64,000 nucleotides of DNA, taken from positions 161,836 through 225,835 of the forward strand of contig CALVJA010000001.1 of assembly GCA_944331875.1 (NCBI GenBank). The letters run 5' to 3'. Shown here piece after piece: positions 36,956 through 44,952 of the stretch. Origin of the DNA: an uncultured Clostridia bacterium (lineage in GTDB: Bacteria; Bacillota; Clostridia; Christensenellales; DTU072). A model generated the notes under the pieces. That model worked only from the letters and a program-made list of their open reading frames with translations. It searched no databases and was not told where the DNA came from. Each line of letters opens with the position of its first letter. The first letter of the stretch is position 1. The position numbers were made by a program, and so were the translations under genes.

Positions 36956-37996
36956 ATGTCCGAAAACAAAAAACTTCTGGTGACGCCTTCGCCGCATACC
37001 GGCAGCGCGCTCACTACGAAAAAGATAATGCTCCACGTCATCGTCGCGCTGTGCTTTCCGCTCGTCGCAGGCGTTGTATTATACGGTTTTTATGCGCTGT
37101 TCGTCGTGCTTCTGGCGGTCGCCGCCGCAGTAGGCGGGGAGTGGTTTTATAATCTGATAAGGAAAAAACCGAACACGACGGGCGATCTTTCCGCCATTGT
37201 CACGGGCATGATACTTGGGCTCAACCTGCCGCCTACGGTACCGTTTTACGTGCCGCTCGTCGGCGGAGTATTCGCGACGATGTTCGTCAAAATGCTGTTC
37301 GGCGGACTCGGCAAAAACTTCGCCAACCCCGCCGCGACCGCGAGGATATTCCTGCTCCTCGCGTGGGGCACGCAGATGATGACGTTCATAGCGCCCATCG
37401 ACTACTCGACTGCGCCGGACGCCGCCAGGCTTTTTGCGGGTTTCGTATCCGACAACGCGTACGTCACCTCGGCGACGCCGCTAGCCGACATTAAAAACGC
37501 GGCGGCAGCTGGCGCGCCGGGCGTAGACCTTATGGACCTGTTCCTCGGAAATATCGGCGGAACGATAGGCGAAACGTGCAAGATAGCCATTATACTTTCG
37601 ATGATATACCTTTTGGTATTCCGTGTCATCGATTGGAAGATCCCGACAGGGTACTTTGTATCCGTCGCGGTATTCAGCTTGATCATTTATAACGAGGGCT
37701 GGAATTTCATATTGCCGAACCTGTTGTCCGGCGGAGTGATGTTCGCGGGCGTTTTTATGCTGACCGATTATTCGACGTCGCCCGACACGCGTCTCGGCAC
37801 ATGGATATACGCCGCGGGAGCGGGGCTTATGACGATACTTATCCGCCGTTACGGCGGAATGAACGAGGGTGCGAGCTTTGCGGTGCTTCTGATGAACCTT
37901 TTGACGCCGCTCATCGACAAGATCTGCCTTACGCGCCCGTTCGGGTATAAAAAACCGCCCAAGAAAAAGGCGGACGCCGGAGGTGGCGCGGCGTGA
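36956..37996 (+). CDS. rnfD: Rnf complex subunit D
   Basis: 346-aa polytopic membrane protein (NqrB/RnfD type) in the canonical position after rnfC. Confidence 0.88.
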   Translation: MSENKKLLVTPSPHTGSALTTKKIMLHVIVALCFPLVAGVVLYGFYALFVVLLAVAAAVGGEWFYNLIRKKPNTTGDLSAIVTGMILGLNLPPTVPFYVPLVGGVFATMFVKMLFGGLGKNFANPAATARIFLLLAWGTQMMTFIAPIDYSTAPDAARLFAGFVSDNAYVTSATPLADIKNAAAAGAPGVDLMDLFLGNIGGTIGETCKIAIILSMIYLLVFRVIDWKIPTGYFVSVAVFSLIIYNEGWNFILPNLLSGGVMFAGVFMLTDYSTSPDTRLGTWIYAAGAGLMTILIRRYGGMNEGASFAVLLMNLLTPLIDKICLTRPFGYKKPPKKKADAGGGAA

Positions 37997-38607
37997 AAAA
38001 GATAAGATCTGACAGAAAAAAACTCGATCCCGAATCCGTAAAAATAGTCGTCAGCCTGACGCTCATCGCCCTTGTCGCGGCGCTTCTTCTCGCGGGCGTA
38101 AACATATTCACGCGCGTGGATGAGGCGGAAGAGATGCAAAACGCCGTCGCGGAAAATTATTCTTCGCCCGTTGCAAGCGAAATAGACATATCCGGCTATG
38201 ACGATCTCGGCGGCACCGAACTTCAGGCGGCGTACATCGCAGAAGACGGCGCGTATATCTTCCTGGTACACGTCGCGAAAGGCAACCGCATAGGCTATTC
38301 CGCGGACGGCGTGGGGCTCATCACGGTCATAAAGGACGGCGTCATCGTGAAGGTCGCGGGTTACAGCCATTCCGAAACGCCGGGGCTCGGCGCGAACGCG
38401 TTCCAGGAGGATTACCTTATGCAATACAGCGGTGTAAACGTCGCGGATATTTATATCCCCGAGGACGATACGCTTGTTTTTCCCGATAACTCGGGAATGT
38501 TCACGCCCGAAAAAGTTACCAGCGCGACATACACCACGAACGCGGTGTTCGCGGGCGTAAAAGGAGCCGTAAAGGCGTACGGCGTTTTTGCGGAGGGGTC
38601 GTTATGA
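37993..38607 (+). CDS. rnfG: Rnf complex subunit G (FMN-binding)
   Basis: 204 aa, one N-terminal TM helix, FMN-attachment-type block GYSHSETPGLG. 4-nt overlap with rnfD. Confidence 0.85.
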   Translation: MKKIRSDRKKLDPESVKIVVSLTLIALVAALLLAGVNIFTRVDEAEEMQNAVAENYSSPVASEIDISGYDDLGGTELQAAYIAEDGAYIFLVHVAKGNRIGYSADGVGLITVIKDGVIVKVAGYSHSETPGLGANAFQEDYLMQYSGVNVADIYIPEDDTLVFPDNSGMFTPEKVTSATYTTNAVFAGVKGAVKAYGVFAEGSL

Positions 38608-39263
38608 AAAAAGCCGATCTCAAAAAGACGTTCGAACCGCTGACGACGGGCGTTTTCAAAAACAACGCGACCTTCAGGCTCGTGCTCGGCACCTGCCCGA
38701 CGCTCGCGGTCACCACTTCCGCCGTGAACGGGCTGTCGATGGGGCTCGCCACACTGTTCGTTCTGGTGTGTTCCAACGCGCTCGTTTCGATGCTCAGGAA
38801 CTTCATACCCCGCAAAGTGCGTATCCCCGCATATATATTGGTGATAGCCACTTTTTCGACGCTGGTCGAGATGATAATGCGCAAATTCCTGCCGGACCTG
38901 TACGAATCGCTGGGGCTGTTCCTTTCGCTGGTGGTCGTCAACTGCATTCTTTTGGCGCGCGCGGAGAGTTTCGCCTCGCTGAATCCCGTCATCCCCTCCG
39001 TTCTGGACGGCATAGGAATAGGGCTCGGGTTCACGTTCAGCCTGACGCTTCTCGGATTCATCCGCGAGCTCATGGGAGCGGGGTCGATATTCGGATACGA
39101 ACTCGGGTTTTTGGTGGAGGCGGGACTTCCGATGACCGTTTTCATACTGCCTGCGGGCGGATTCATGGTCTACGGGTTCATGATGGTGATATTCAACGCG
39201 GTCGTGAAGACCGTCGAAAACAAGCTCGCCGCAAGGAAAGCGGCGGCGGGAGGTGACGAATAA
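38604..39263 (+). CDS. rnfE: Rnf complex subunit E
   Basis: 219-aa six-helix membrane protein of the NqrD/RnfE type (LVLGTCPTLAVTT). Overlaps rnfG by 4 nt. Confidence 0.88.
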   Translation: MKKADLKKTFEPLTTGVFKNNATFRLVLGTCPTLAVTTSAVNGLSMGLATLFVLVCSNALVSMLRNFIPRKVRIPAYILVIATFSTLVEMIMRKFLPDLYESLGLFLSLVVVNCILLARAESFASLNPVIPSVLDGIGIGLGFTFSLTLLGFIRELMGAGSIFGYELGFLVEAGLPMTVFILPAGGFMVYGFMMVIFNAVVKTVENKLAARKAAAGGDE

Positions 39264-39844
39264 TGCCGTACGTTCTTTTGTTGGTCATAAACGCGGTGTT
39301 CGTCAATAACTTCGTGCTCTCGCGCTTTTTGGGGATATGTCCCTTTTTGGGAGTCAGCAAGAAGACGGAGACCGCTCTCGGCATGGGTATCGCCGTCATC
39401 TTCGTCATGGGGGTCGCTTCGGTCATAACATATGCCATCGATCTCGCGCTCGTCGCGGGCGGAATGGAGTACCTTAGGACGATAGTTTTCATTTTGGTCA
39501 TCGCGGCTCTCATACAGCTGGTGGAGATATTCGTCAAACGCTTTTCGCCCTCGCTGTACAGCGCGCTCGGGGTCTATCTTCCGCTCATCACCACCAACTG
39601 CGCCGTTTTGGGCGTGGCGATAATGAACGTGACGGAACTTGCCGAAGTCAACGTGCTGTACGCGTTCGTAAACGGCGTGGCGTCGGGGGTGGGTTTCACG
39701 ATAGCTATACTTATCCTTGCGGGCATACGCGAAAAGCTGGAACTCGCGGATATACCCGATTCGTTCAAGGGCTTCCCGATAACGCTTCTGTCCGCGTCGA
39801 TAATAGCTTTGAGTTTTGCAGCCTTTTCCGGGCTCAGTTTTTAG
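39263..39844 (+). CDS. rnfA: Rnf complex subunit A
   Basis: 193-aa membrane protein of the NqrE/RnfA type (NNFVLSRFLGICPFLGVS). Its start overlaps the rnfE stop. Confidence 0.88.
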   Translation: MPYVLLLVINAVFVNNFVLSRFLGICPFLGVSKKTETALGMGIAVIFVMGVASVITYAIDLALVAGGMEYLRTIVFILVIAALIQLVEIFVKRFSPSLYSALGVYLPLITTNCAVLGVAIMNVTELAEVNVLYAFVNGVASGVGFTIAILILAGIREKLELADIPDSFKGFPITLLSASIIALSFAAFSGLSF

Positions 39845-39856
39845 GAGGACGAGGTA

Positions 39857-40645
39857 ATGCCTGTAGCGCTCGAGATAATTTTACCGGTCGTGCTTCTGAC
39901 GGGGCTTGCCGCGCTGTTTGCCGTTCTGATAGCGGTGTGCAGCAAAAAGTTCGCCGTACAAAGGGACGAAAGGATCGACGAGGTGACGTCGCTTCTGGCA
40001 GGAGCTAATTGCGGCGGCTGCGGATATGCGGGCTGCGACGCTTTTGCGGAGGCGGTCGTGAAAGGGGAAGCGGACGTGAACTCCTGCGGTCCCACGTCAA
40101 AGGAAAACAAGGCGCTCATAAACGGCATTGTGGGAGCCCAAAGCGAAAGTATCATAATTGTGAACGCATGCGCGGGCGGCAACCGCTGTCGAGATAAATA
40201 CGACTATCAGGGATACGGCGACTGCATGTCCGCCGAGCTTTTGGCGGGAGGGGGCAAGGCGTGTCCCACGGGTTGCGTAGGGCTCGGGAAGTGCGTTTCG
40301 GAATGCCCCGTAAACGCCATCGAGATGAAGGACGGCGCCGCAAAAGTGACGCAGTCCAAATGCGTGCAGTGCTCCAGGTGCGTAAGGTTCTGCCCCAAAA
40401 AGACTTTGAAGCGCCTTCCGGGAAACGCGAAGTATTATGTCGCCTGCTCCAATCCCGCTAAGGGAAAGGAAGTGCGCGAAGTGTGCTCCGCGGGGTGCAT
40501 CGCCTGCGGGATGTGCGCTAAAAACTGCCCGGTCGGCGCGATAACGATGGAAAACGGACTGCCCGTATTCAATTACGAAGTATGTACCGGCTGCGGCGTG
40601 TGCGCCGGAAAATGTCCCGTAAAATGCATTTTGCCCGTTGACTGA
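39857..40645 (+). CDS. rnfB: Rnf complex subunit B (polyferredoxin)
   Basis: 262 aa. N-terminal TM anchor, a CGGCGYAGC block and several CxxCxxCxxxCP clusters. Last gene of the rnfCDGEAB order typical of Clostridia. Confidence 0.88.
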   Translation: MPVALEIILPVVLLTGLAALFAVLIAVCSKKFAVQRDERIDEVTSLLAGANCGGCGYAGCDAFAEAVVKGEADVNSCGPTSKENKALINGIVGAQSESIIIVNACAGGNRCRDKYDYQGYGDCMSAELLAGGGKACPTGCVGLGKCVSECPVNAIEMKDGAAKVTQSKCVQCSRCVRFCPKKTLKRLPGNAKYYVACSNPAKGKEVREVCSAGCIACGMCAKNCPVGAITMENGLPVFNYEVCTGCGVCAGKCPVKCILPVD

Positions 40646-40648
40646 GCG

Positions 40649-41116
40649 TCACGTAAGTAACAAAAAAGCGTATATCGCCAAATTTGCGCGCCATACGGTA
40701 ACGGCGGCTTCCGGCAGCGCCGCTAAGGGTGAGTGTTCCGCATAGAACAGGGTAAGGCGGCAGTTAACGAAAAAGGATACGAGGATGAGCGCGAACGCGA
40801 ATGCGAAAAGTTTGCCTTCGAACAGCGCGTATGCGGCAAGAATATCTATTCCCCCCGAAACGACCCACAGCGTGACGGCGCGCCGCAATTTTTTCTCCGA
40901 TATCGTTGCGGTGAGCAAAACGGTCTCCAGAAGATAAACAGTCGACCATATCGCTTCGAACGCGGCGGGAGAGGGGTAAAATTTCAATTTTTCGGTGAGG
41001 ATAGCCTGCGCCGCGCCCGATACGTCGACGAAAATGCCCGAAACGTACCCTGTCAGGAACACATACATCAGCGCCAGCGTCAGCGACAGCAGCTTTATGT
41101 ATAACTTCACATTCAA
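40649..41116 (-). CDS. small integral membrane protein (possibly TspO/MBR-like; tentative)
   Basis: 155 aa with about five hydrophobic segments. The AFEAIWSTVYLLE block weakly resembles TspO. Convergent with rnfB, with only 3 nt between the stops. Confidence 0.45.
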   Translation of the reverse strand: MNVKLYIKLLSLTLALMYVFLTGYVSGIFVDVSGAAQAILTEKLKFYPSPAAFEAIWSTVYLLETVLLTATISEKKLRRAVTLWVVSGGIDILAAYALFEGKLFAFAFALILVSFFVNCRLTLFYAEHSPLAALPEAAVTVWRANLAIYAFLLLT

Positions 41117-41187
41117 TTCTATTTCGAAAACAGACGATTTAGACGGCTGATTAGGCGCTCTATAACGAAAAATTCACACGTTGTACA

Positions 41188-41217
41188 TTGACTGATATGC
41201 GCGCGCGGTGATAAAAT
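41188..41217 (+). promoter_or_regulatory. strong extended -10 promoter for the 610-aa lipoprotein gene
   Basis: TTGACT (41188-41193), then TG-a-TAAAAT (41209-41217). The ATG at 41225 is 7 nt after the -10 element and no Shine-Dalgarno is present. Confidence 0.55.
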
Positions 41218-41224
41218 ATTATCG

Positions 41225-43057
41225 ATGAACAAAAAAATCGTTGCTTTATCGCTGATACTCGTCATGGCGGCGGCACTCGCCGTCGGCTGTACCGACAAAA
41301 CGGAGACGGGTTCGATATCGGATACATTCCTGAATTTCTCGTCGACGGGCGAGTACACTTCGGCGACCAAAAAACTCACTCTTTCCTCGGGACAGACTTT
41401 CACGAGCTACGACGCCGACAGCGGCGTTTTCGTAATACGCGAGGATGTGGCGCTCGGAGAAGCGCTCTACACGCGCTACGGGCTCGCTTCCGAGGACGAA
41501 GTGTATTGGGAACCGGGCGGCGGCAGCGGTTTTACGCAGGTTTTGGATATTAACGGCGACCACGCGATAGTCGTAGTGAACGCACTTGTCGACGGTGTGG
41601 ACACGGCATATGTCGGAGTTGTCAGATTCAGGGGACCTTTAGGACCTCTGCAATACGGTTTCGTACATCAGTTCGCGCCGCTCACGCAGCAGATCTCGTT
41701 TTTGAATGACAGATACCTGATAATGTTCGGCGACATGGCGAACGCGGGTACGAGTTCGGGGTACGGATATACTTACGCCACGATCTACGATTACACCGCG
41801 GCGAATCAGCTTTTGGAGGTCGCCAGGGTCTCGGGTATCGATAACGGCACCACTTTCCAGCTGCACGACGGCTACCTTGCCGCCGTACACAGCGATTCCG
41901 TCGATTTTTATTATATCGGCGAAACGGACGGCAGCGGATATCTGACGGAGAAGATGTCCGTCAGGCTTATTACCGGCTCCCAGTACGTCGAAACGGGGCT
42001 GACTACTTCGGCGTATTATATCGGCGGCGGCTGGTTCATAGTTTCGACTACTTACGCTTCCGAAACGCAGTACGACGGCTACGAGTTCAACAGGACGGAC
42101 GAGGACGGCACCACTTATTTTATGGAGATCCGCAGCGTAAAAGCTTCGATGAATTCTCTGAAAACGTTCCCGACCGAGCGCGTCACGCTCGTAGCGAACC
42201 AATATACATCTTCTTATGTGCGCGGGCTTGCCGACGCTATAACGATAGAGGATGTCTCCGCCGCGGCGACGTGGCAGAATACCTACGCCACGCCGATGAC
42301 CGCGACATCGGAGCTCGTAAAAGACGGGTATTCGATAGTTTACTATTATTACTATTTCTACAACGACGCCGACATGAGCCAAAGGACGTGGTCGACGTCC
42401 TTCCAAATATACGATACCTCCGGGAACGCGACGGTCGCTTCGAATCTGGCGATGCCCGTCGTGTATGCGGACGGATACGGTCTGCAGACGGCGGACCCCA
42501 ACTTCAACATAGCGCTCCGCGACGTCGGCTACAATAACTATACGGACGGAAGCCGCGTGACTCTGACGGCGCTCGATGACCTGAACGGTTATCATAATGC
42601 GTTCATCCATAACGGCGTCATAATATCGTACCGCCAGCATATAGACGCTTCGGGACAGTTTACCTCGAACATGGGCGCCACAGGTGTGGACGGAAAAGTC
42701 ATACTTCCCTATGAATACGATTCGATTTCTCCGTTTTTCGGAAATTACGCCACAGCCTCGATAGTCACCGAGTACGCCGAGGACGGCTCCGTATCGCAGC
42801 AGGCGTTCTACCGCGTGGCAAAAGACGGTGCGACTACGCCGATCCCCGAATGCTATCAGATGAGGAACGGCACATATATCACCAGAAATTCCGCCGGGAA
42901 ATACGGTCTTAATTCCAACTCGGGTGTAGTTTTGATAAGCGCGAACTGCGACGAGGTGTCAACCGTGGACAGGATGTACGCGGACGGAAAAGTGTTCGCA
43001 AGCTCCTATGCGGTCACGGTGGAAAACGGCAGGGGAGTGTTGTATGAGCTCTCCTGA
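41225..43057 (+). CDS. hypothetical lipoprotein, function unknown
   Basis: 610 aa. Signal peptide plus lipobox MNKKIVALSLILVMAAALAVGC. Tyr/Gly/Thr/Asp-rich composition suggests a beta-rich extracellular protein. No family recognised. Confidence 0.7.
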   Translation: MNKKIVALSLILVMAAALAVGCTDKTETGSISDTFLNFSSTGEYTSATKKLTLSSGQTFTSYDADSGVFVIREDVALGEALYTRYGLASEDEVYWEPGGGSGFTQVLDINGDHAIVVVNALVDGVDTAYVGVVRFRGPLGPLQYGFVHQFAPLTQQISFLNDRYLIMFGDMANAGTSSGYGYTYATIYDYTAANQLLEVARVSGIDNGTTFQLHDGYLAAVHSDSVDFYYIGETDGSGYLTEKMSVRLITGSQYVETGLTTSAYYIGGGWFIVSTTYASETQYDGYEFNRTDEDGTTYFMEIRSVKASMNSLKTFPTERVTLVANQYTSSYVRGLADAITIEDVSAAATWQNTYATPMTATSELVKDGYSIVYYYYYFYNDADMSQRTWSTSFQIYDTSGNATVASNLAMPVVYADGYGLQTADPNFNIALRDVGYNNYTDGSRVTLTALDDLNGYHNAFIHNGVIISYRQHIDASGQFTSNMGATGVDGKVILPYEYDSISPFFGNYATASIVTEYAEDGSVSQQAFYRVAKDGATTPIPECYQMRNGTYITRNSAGKYGLNSNSGVVLISANCDEVSTVDRMYADGKVFASSYAVTVENGRGVLYELS

Positions 43058-44060
43058 TATCGTTACGAAATTAGCGGGCGCCGAGGCTTTGGACGAGGGC
43101 GCCGCGATAATAAAAAGCGGCGGCGTCGTCGCTTTTCCCACGGAGACAGTGTACGGGCTCGGCGCCGACGCGTTCAACGAGGAGGCGGTAGCGAAGATAT
43201 TCGAGGCTAAAGGCAGACCCCAGGACAATCCGCTTATCGTACATATCCCGTCCGAAAGTTGGCTCGGGCGCGTCGCGGCATACGTCCCGGACGCCGCCTA
43301 TGAACTCTTCGACGCGTTCAGTCCGGGACCTCTGACGGTGATTTTACCTAAACGCAGCGATCTGCCGCTTGTAACTACTGCGGGGCTCGAAACTGTAGGT
43401 ATCAGGATCCCGAACAACGATATCGCTTTGGAACTCATCCGCCGCGCGGACACGCCCGTGGCGGCGCCGAGCGCCAATACGAGCGGGAGAGTTAGTCCCA
43501 CAAGGGCTCGGGACGTATACGAAGATATGGCGGGGCGGATACCGCTTATTCTGGACGGCGGCAGGACGGATGTCGGCATAGAATCCACGGTCGTGACGCT
43601 TGCGGCGGACACCCCGACAATACTGCGCCCCGGCGCGGTCACGGCGGAGATGATCTCCGAGGTCCTGGGGGAAGCTGTATATTTCAAGGGCAAAGTCAAA
43701 GTTGCCGAAGCGCCCGGCATGAAGTACACTCATTATGCGCCGCGAGTTCCGTGCATAGGCGCGCTGACCCCGCTTGACGCCTTAGCGGCGGCGAAGGAAC
43801 GCGATAATTCCGTCGTCGTCGGCGAAAGCGGGTTCGTCCGCGAAGCGGAAGCGCTCGGCTCGCGGGTCGTGGACCTCGGCGACACCCCCGAAAAATGTAT
43901 GCAAAACGCATTCGCGGCGTTGCGCGAGGCGGAAAAGATCTATAAATTTATCGTAATCGAGCACTTCGAAGGGAAAAAGGGGTATTACGCGCTGAACAAC
44001 AGATTGTCGAAGTCCTACGGAGGAAAAGTTTTTTGCGGCGAAATCGCCGCAAAAAAGTGA
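43044..44060 (+). CDS. tsaC: L-threonylcarbamoyladenylate synthase (Sua5/YwlC type, YrdC + Sua5 domains)
   Basis: YrdC block VAFPTETVYGLGADA and SANTSGR, plus a C-terminal Sua5 domain. Start moved to the ATG at 43044 after GGGGAG. Overlaps the upstream gene by 14 nt. Confidence 0.88.
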   Translation: MSSPDIVTKLAGAEALDEGAAIIKSGGVVAFPTETVYGLGADAFNEEAVAKIFEAKGRPQDNPLIVHIPSESWLGRVAAYVPDAAYELFDAFSPGPLTVILPKRSDLPLVTTAGLETVGIRIPNNDIALELIRRADTPVAAPSANTSGRVSPTRARDVYEDMAGRIPLILDGGRTDVGIESTVVTLAADTPTILRPGAVTAEMISEVLGEAVYFKGKVKVAEAPGMKYTHYAPRVPCIGALTPLDALAAAKERDNSVVVGESGFVREAEALGSRVVDLGDTPEKCMQNAFAALREAEKIYKFIVIEHFEGKKGYYALNNRLSKSYGGKVFCGEIAAKK

Positions 44061-44120
44061 AATAATTTTTCCGCGCAAAATTATTTCACTTTTTACGGCG
44101 GTGTTCGCCGTCGTAAAAAA
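44057..44120 (+). repeat. short copy of the TTATTTCAC-hairpin intergenic repeat family
   Basis: A 13-bp inverted repeat, GTGAAATAATTTT (44057-44069) / AAAATTATTTCAC (44077-44089). It is followed by a 12-bp hairpin with one G-U pair, TTTTTACGGCGG-tgttcg-CCGTCGTAAAAA (44090-44119). Overlaps the tsaC stop codon. Confidence 0.7.
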
Positions 44121-44123
44121 CAC

Positions 44124-44152
44124 TTGTAAATTTACACCTTTTATTATATACT
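44124..44152 (+). promoter_or_regulatory. sigma-A-type promoter for rpiB and the V-ATPase operon
   Basis: TTGTAA (44124-44129), 17 nt, TATACT (44147-44152). Alternative overlapping hexamers (TTTACA-17-TATGAT) also exist. Confidence 0.5.
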
Positions 44153-44180
44153 ATATGATAATATAATTTAGGGAGGTCGT

Positions 44181-44627
44181 ATGAAGATAGCGATCGGCTC
44201 CGATCACGGAGGGATAGTATTGAAGGACGTGGTGATACGCGCCGTAAGTGATCTCGGAATGGAATACGAGGACTACGGTACATTCGGAACGGAGTCGGTG
44301 GATTATCCCGATTATGCCGAAAAAGTGGGGCGCGCAGTGGCAGGCGGCAAGGCGGACAAGGGCGTTTTGCTTTGCGGCACCGGGATAGGGATATCCATAG
44401 CGGCGAACAAGATCCGCGGCATACGCGCGGCGCACGTGACGGACGCGTTTTCGGCGCAAATGGCGGCTGAGCACAACGACGCCAACATTTTGTGCATGGG
44501 CGGCAGGATCACGAAGCCCGAGGACGCGTACGAGTTCACGAAAATATTTTTGACGACGCCGTTTGCGGGCGGCAGACATGCGACGAGAGTCGATAAAATC
44601 ATGCGGTTGGAGAACGCCGATGAGTGA
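44181..44627 (+). CDS. rpiB: ribose-5-phosphate isomerase B
   Basis: 148 aa. MKIAIGSDHGG start and GTGIGISIAANK block. GGGAGG RBS. Confidence 0.92.
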   Translation: MKIAIGSDHGGIVLKDVVIRAVSDLGMEYEDYGTFGTESVDYPDYAEKVGRAVAGGKADKGVLLCGTGIGISIAANKIRGIRAAHVTDAFSAQMAAEHNDANILCMGGRITKPEDAYEFTKIFLTTPFAGGRHATRVDKIMRLENADE

Positions 44628-44952
44628 TATTCAGGAAATGCTTCGCTCGGTTTTGGATGCGGAGCGGCGCGCCGAGGAGATAGCGTCGGAGGCGGATCGC
44701 GAGGCGAAGGACGTCGTTGCGGCGGCGGAACGCGATTCGAGGCAGCGCATCGCCAAGGTAAAGGAAGAGATAAAAAACGCTTTGGCGGCGTACGGCGAAG
44801 AGACCGAAAAAGCTGCCGTGGCGCATTACGAGTCCATCGTATCCGAGGGTGCGGGGCGCGCCGAAGCGCGCGTTTCCGCGGCGAAACTCAAAGAGGCGGA
44901 AGACCTCGTTTTCAAGGAATATATCGCAAGGTATGTCGGTCATAAGGGTTAA
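44620..44952 (+). CDS. ntpF: V-type ATPase small peripheral-stalk subunit (E. hirae NtpF position; G/H-like)
   Basis: About 110-aa charged coiled-coil protein. The ATG at 44620 overlaps the rpiB stop. First gene of an operon in the order F-I-K-E-C-G-A-B-D. Confidence 0.65.
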   Translation: MSDIQEMLRSVLDAERRAEEIASEADREAKDVVAAAERDSRQRIAKVKEEIKNALAAYGEETEKAAVAHYESIVSEGAGRAEARVSAAKLKEAEDLVFKEYIARYVGHKG

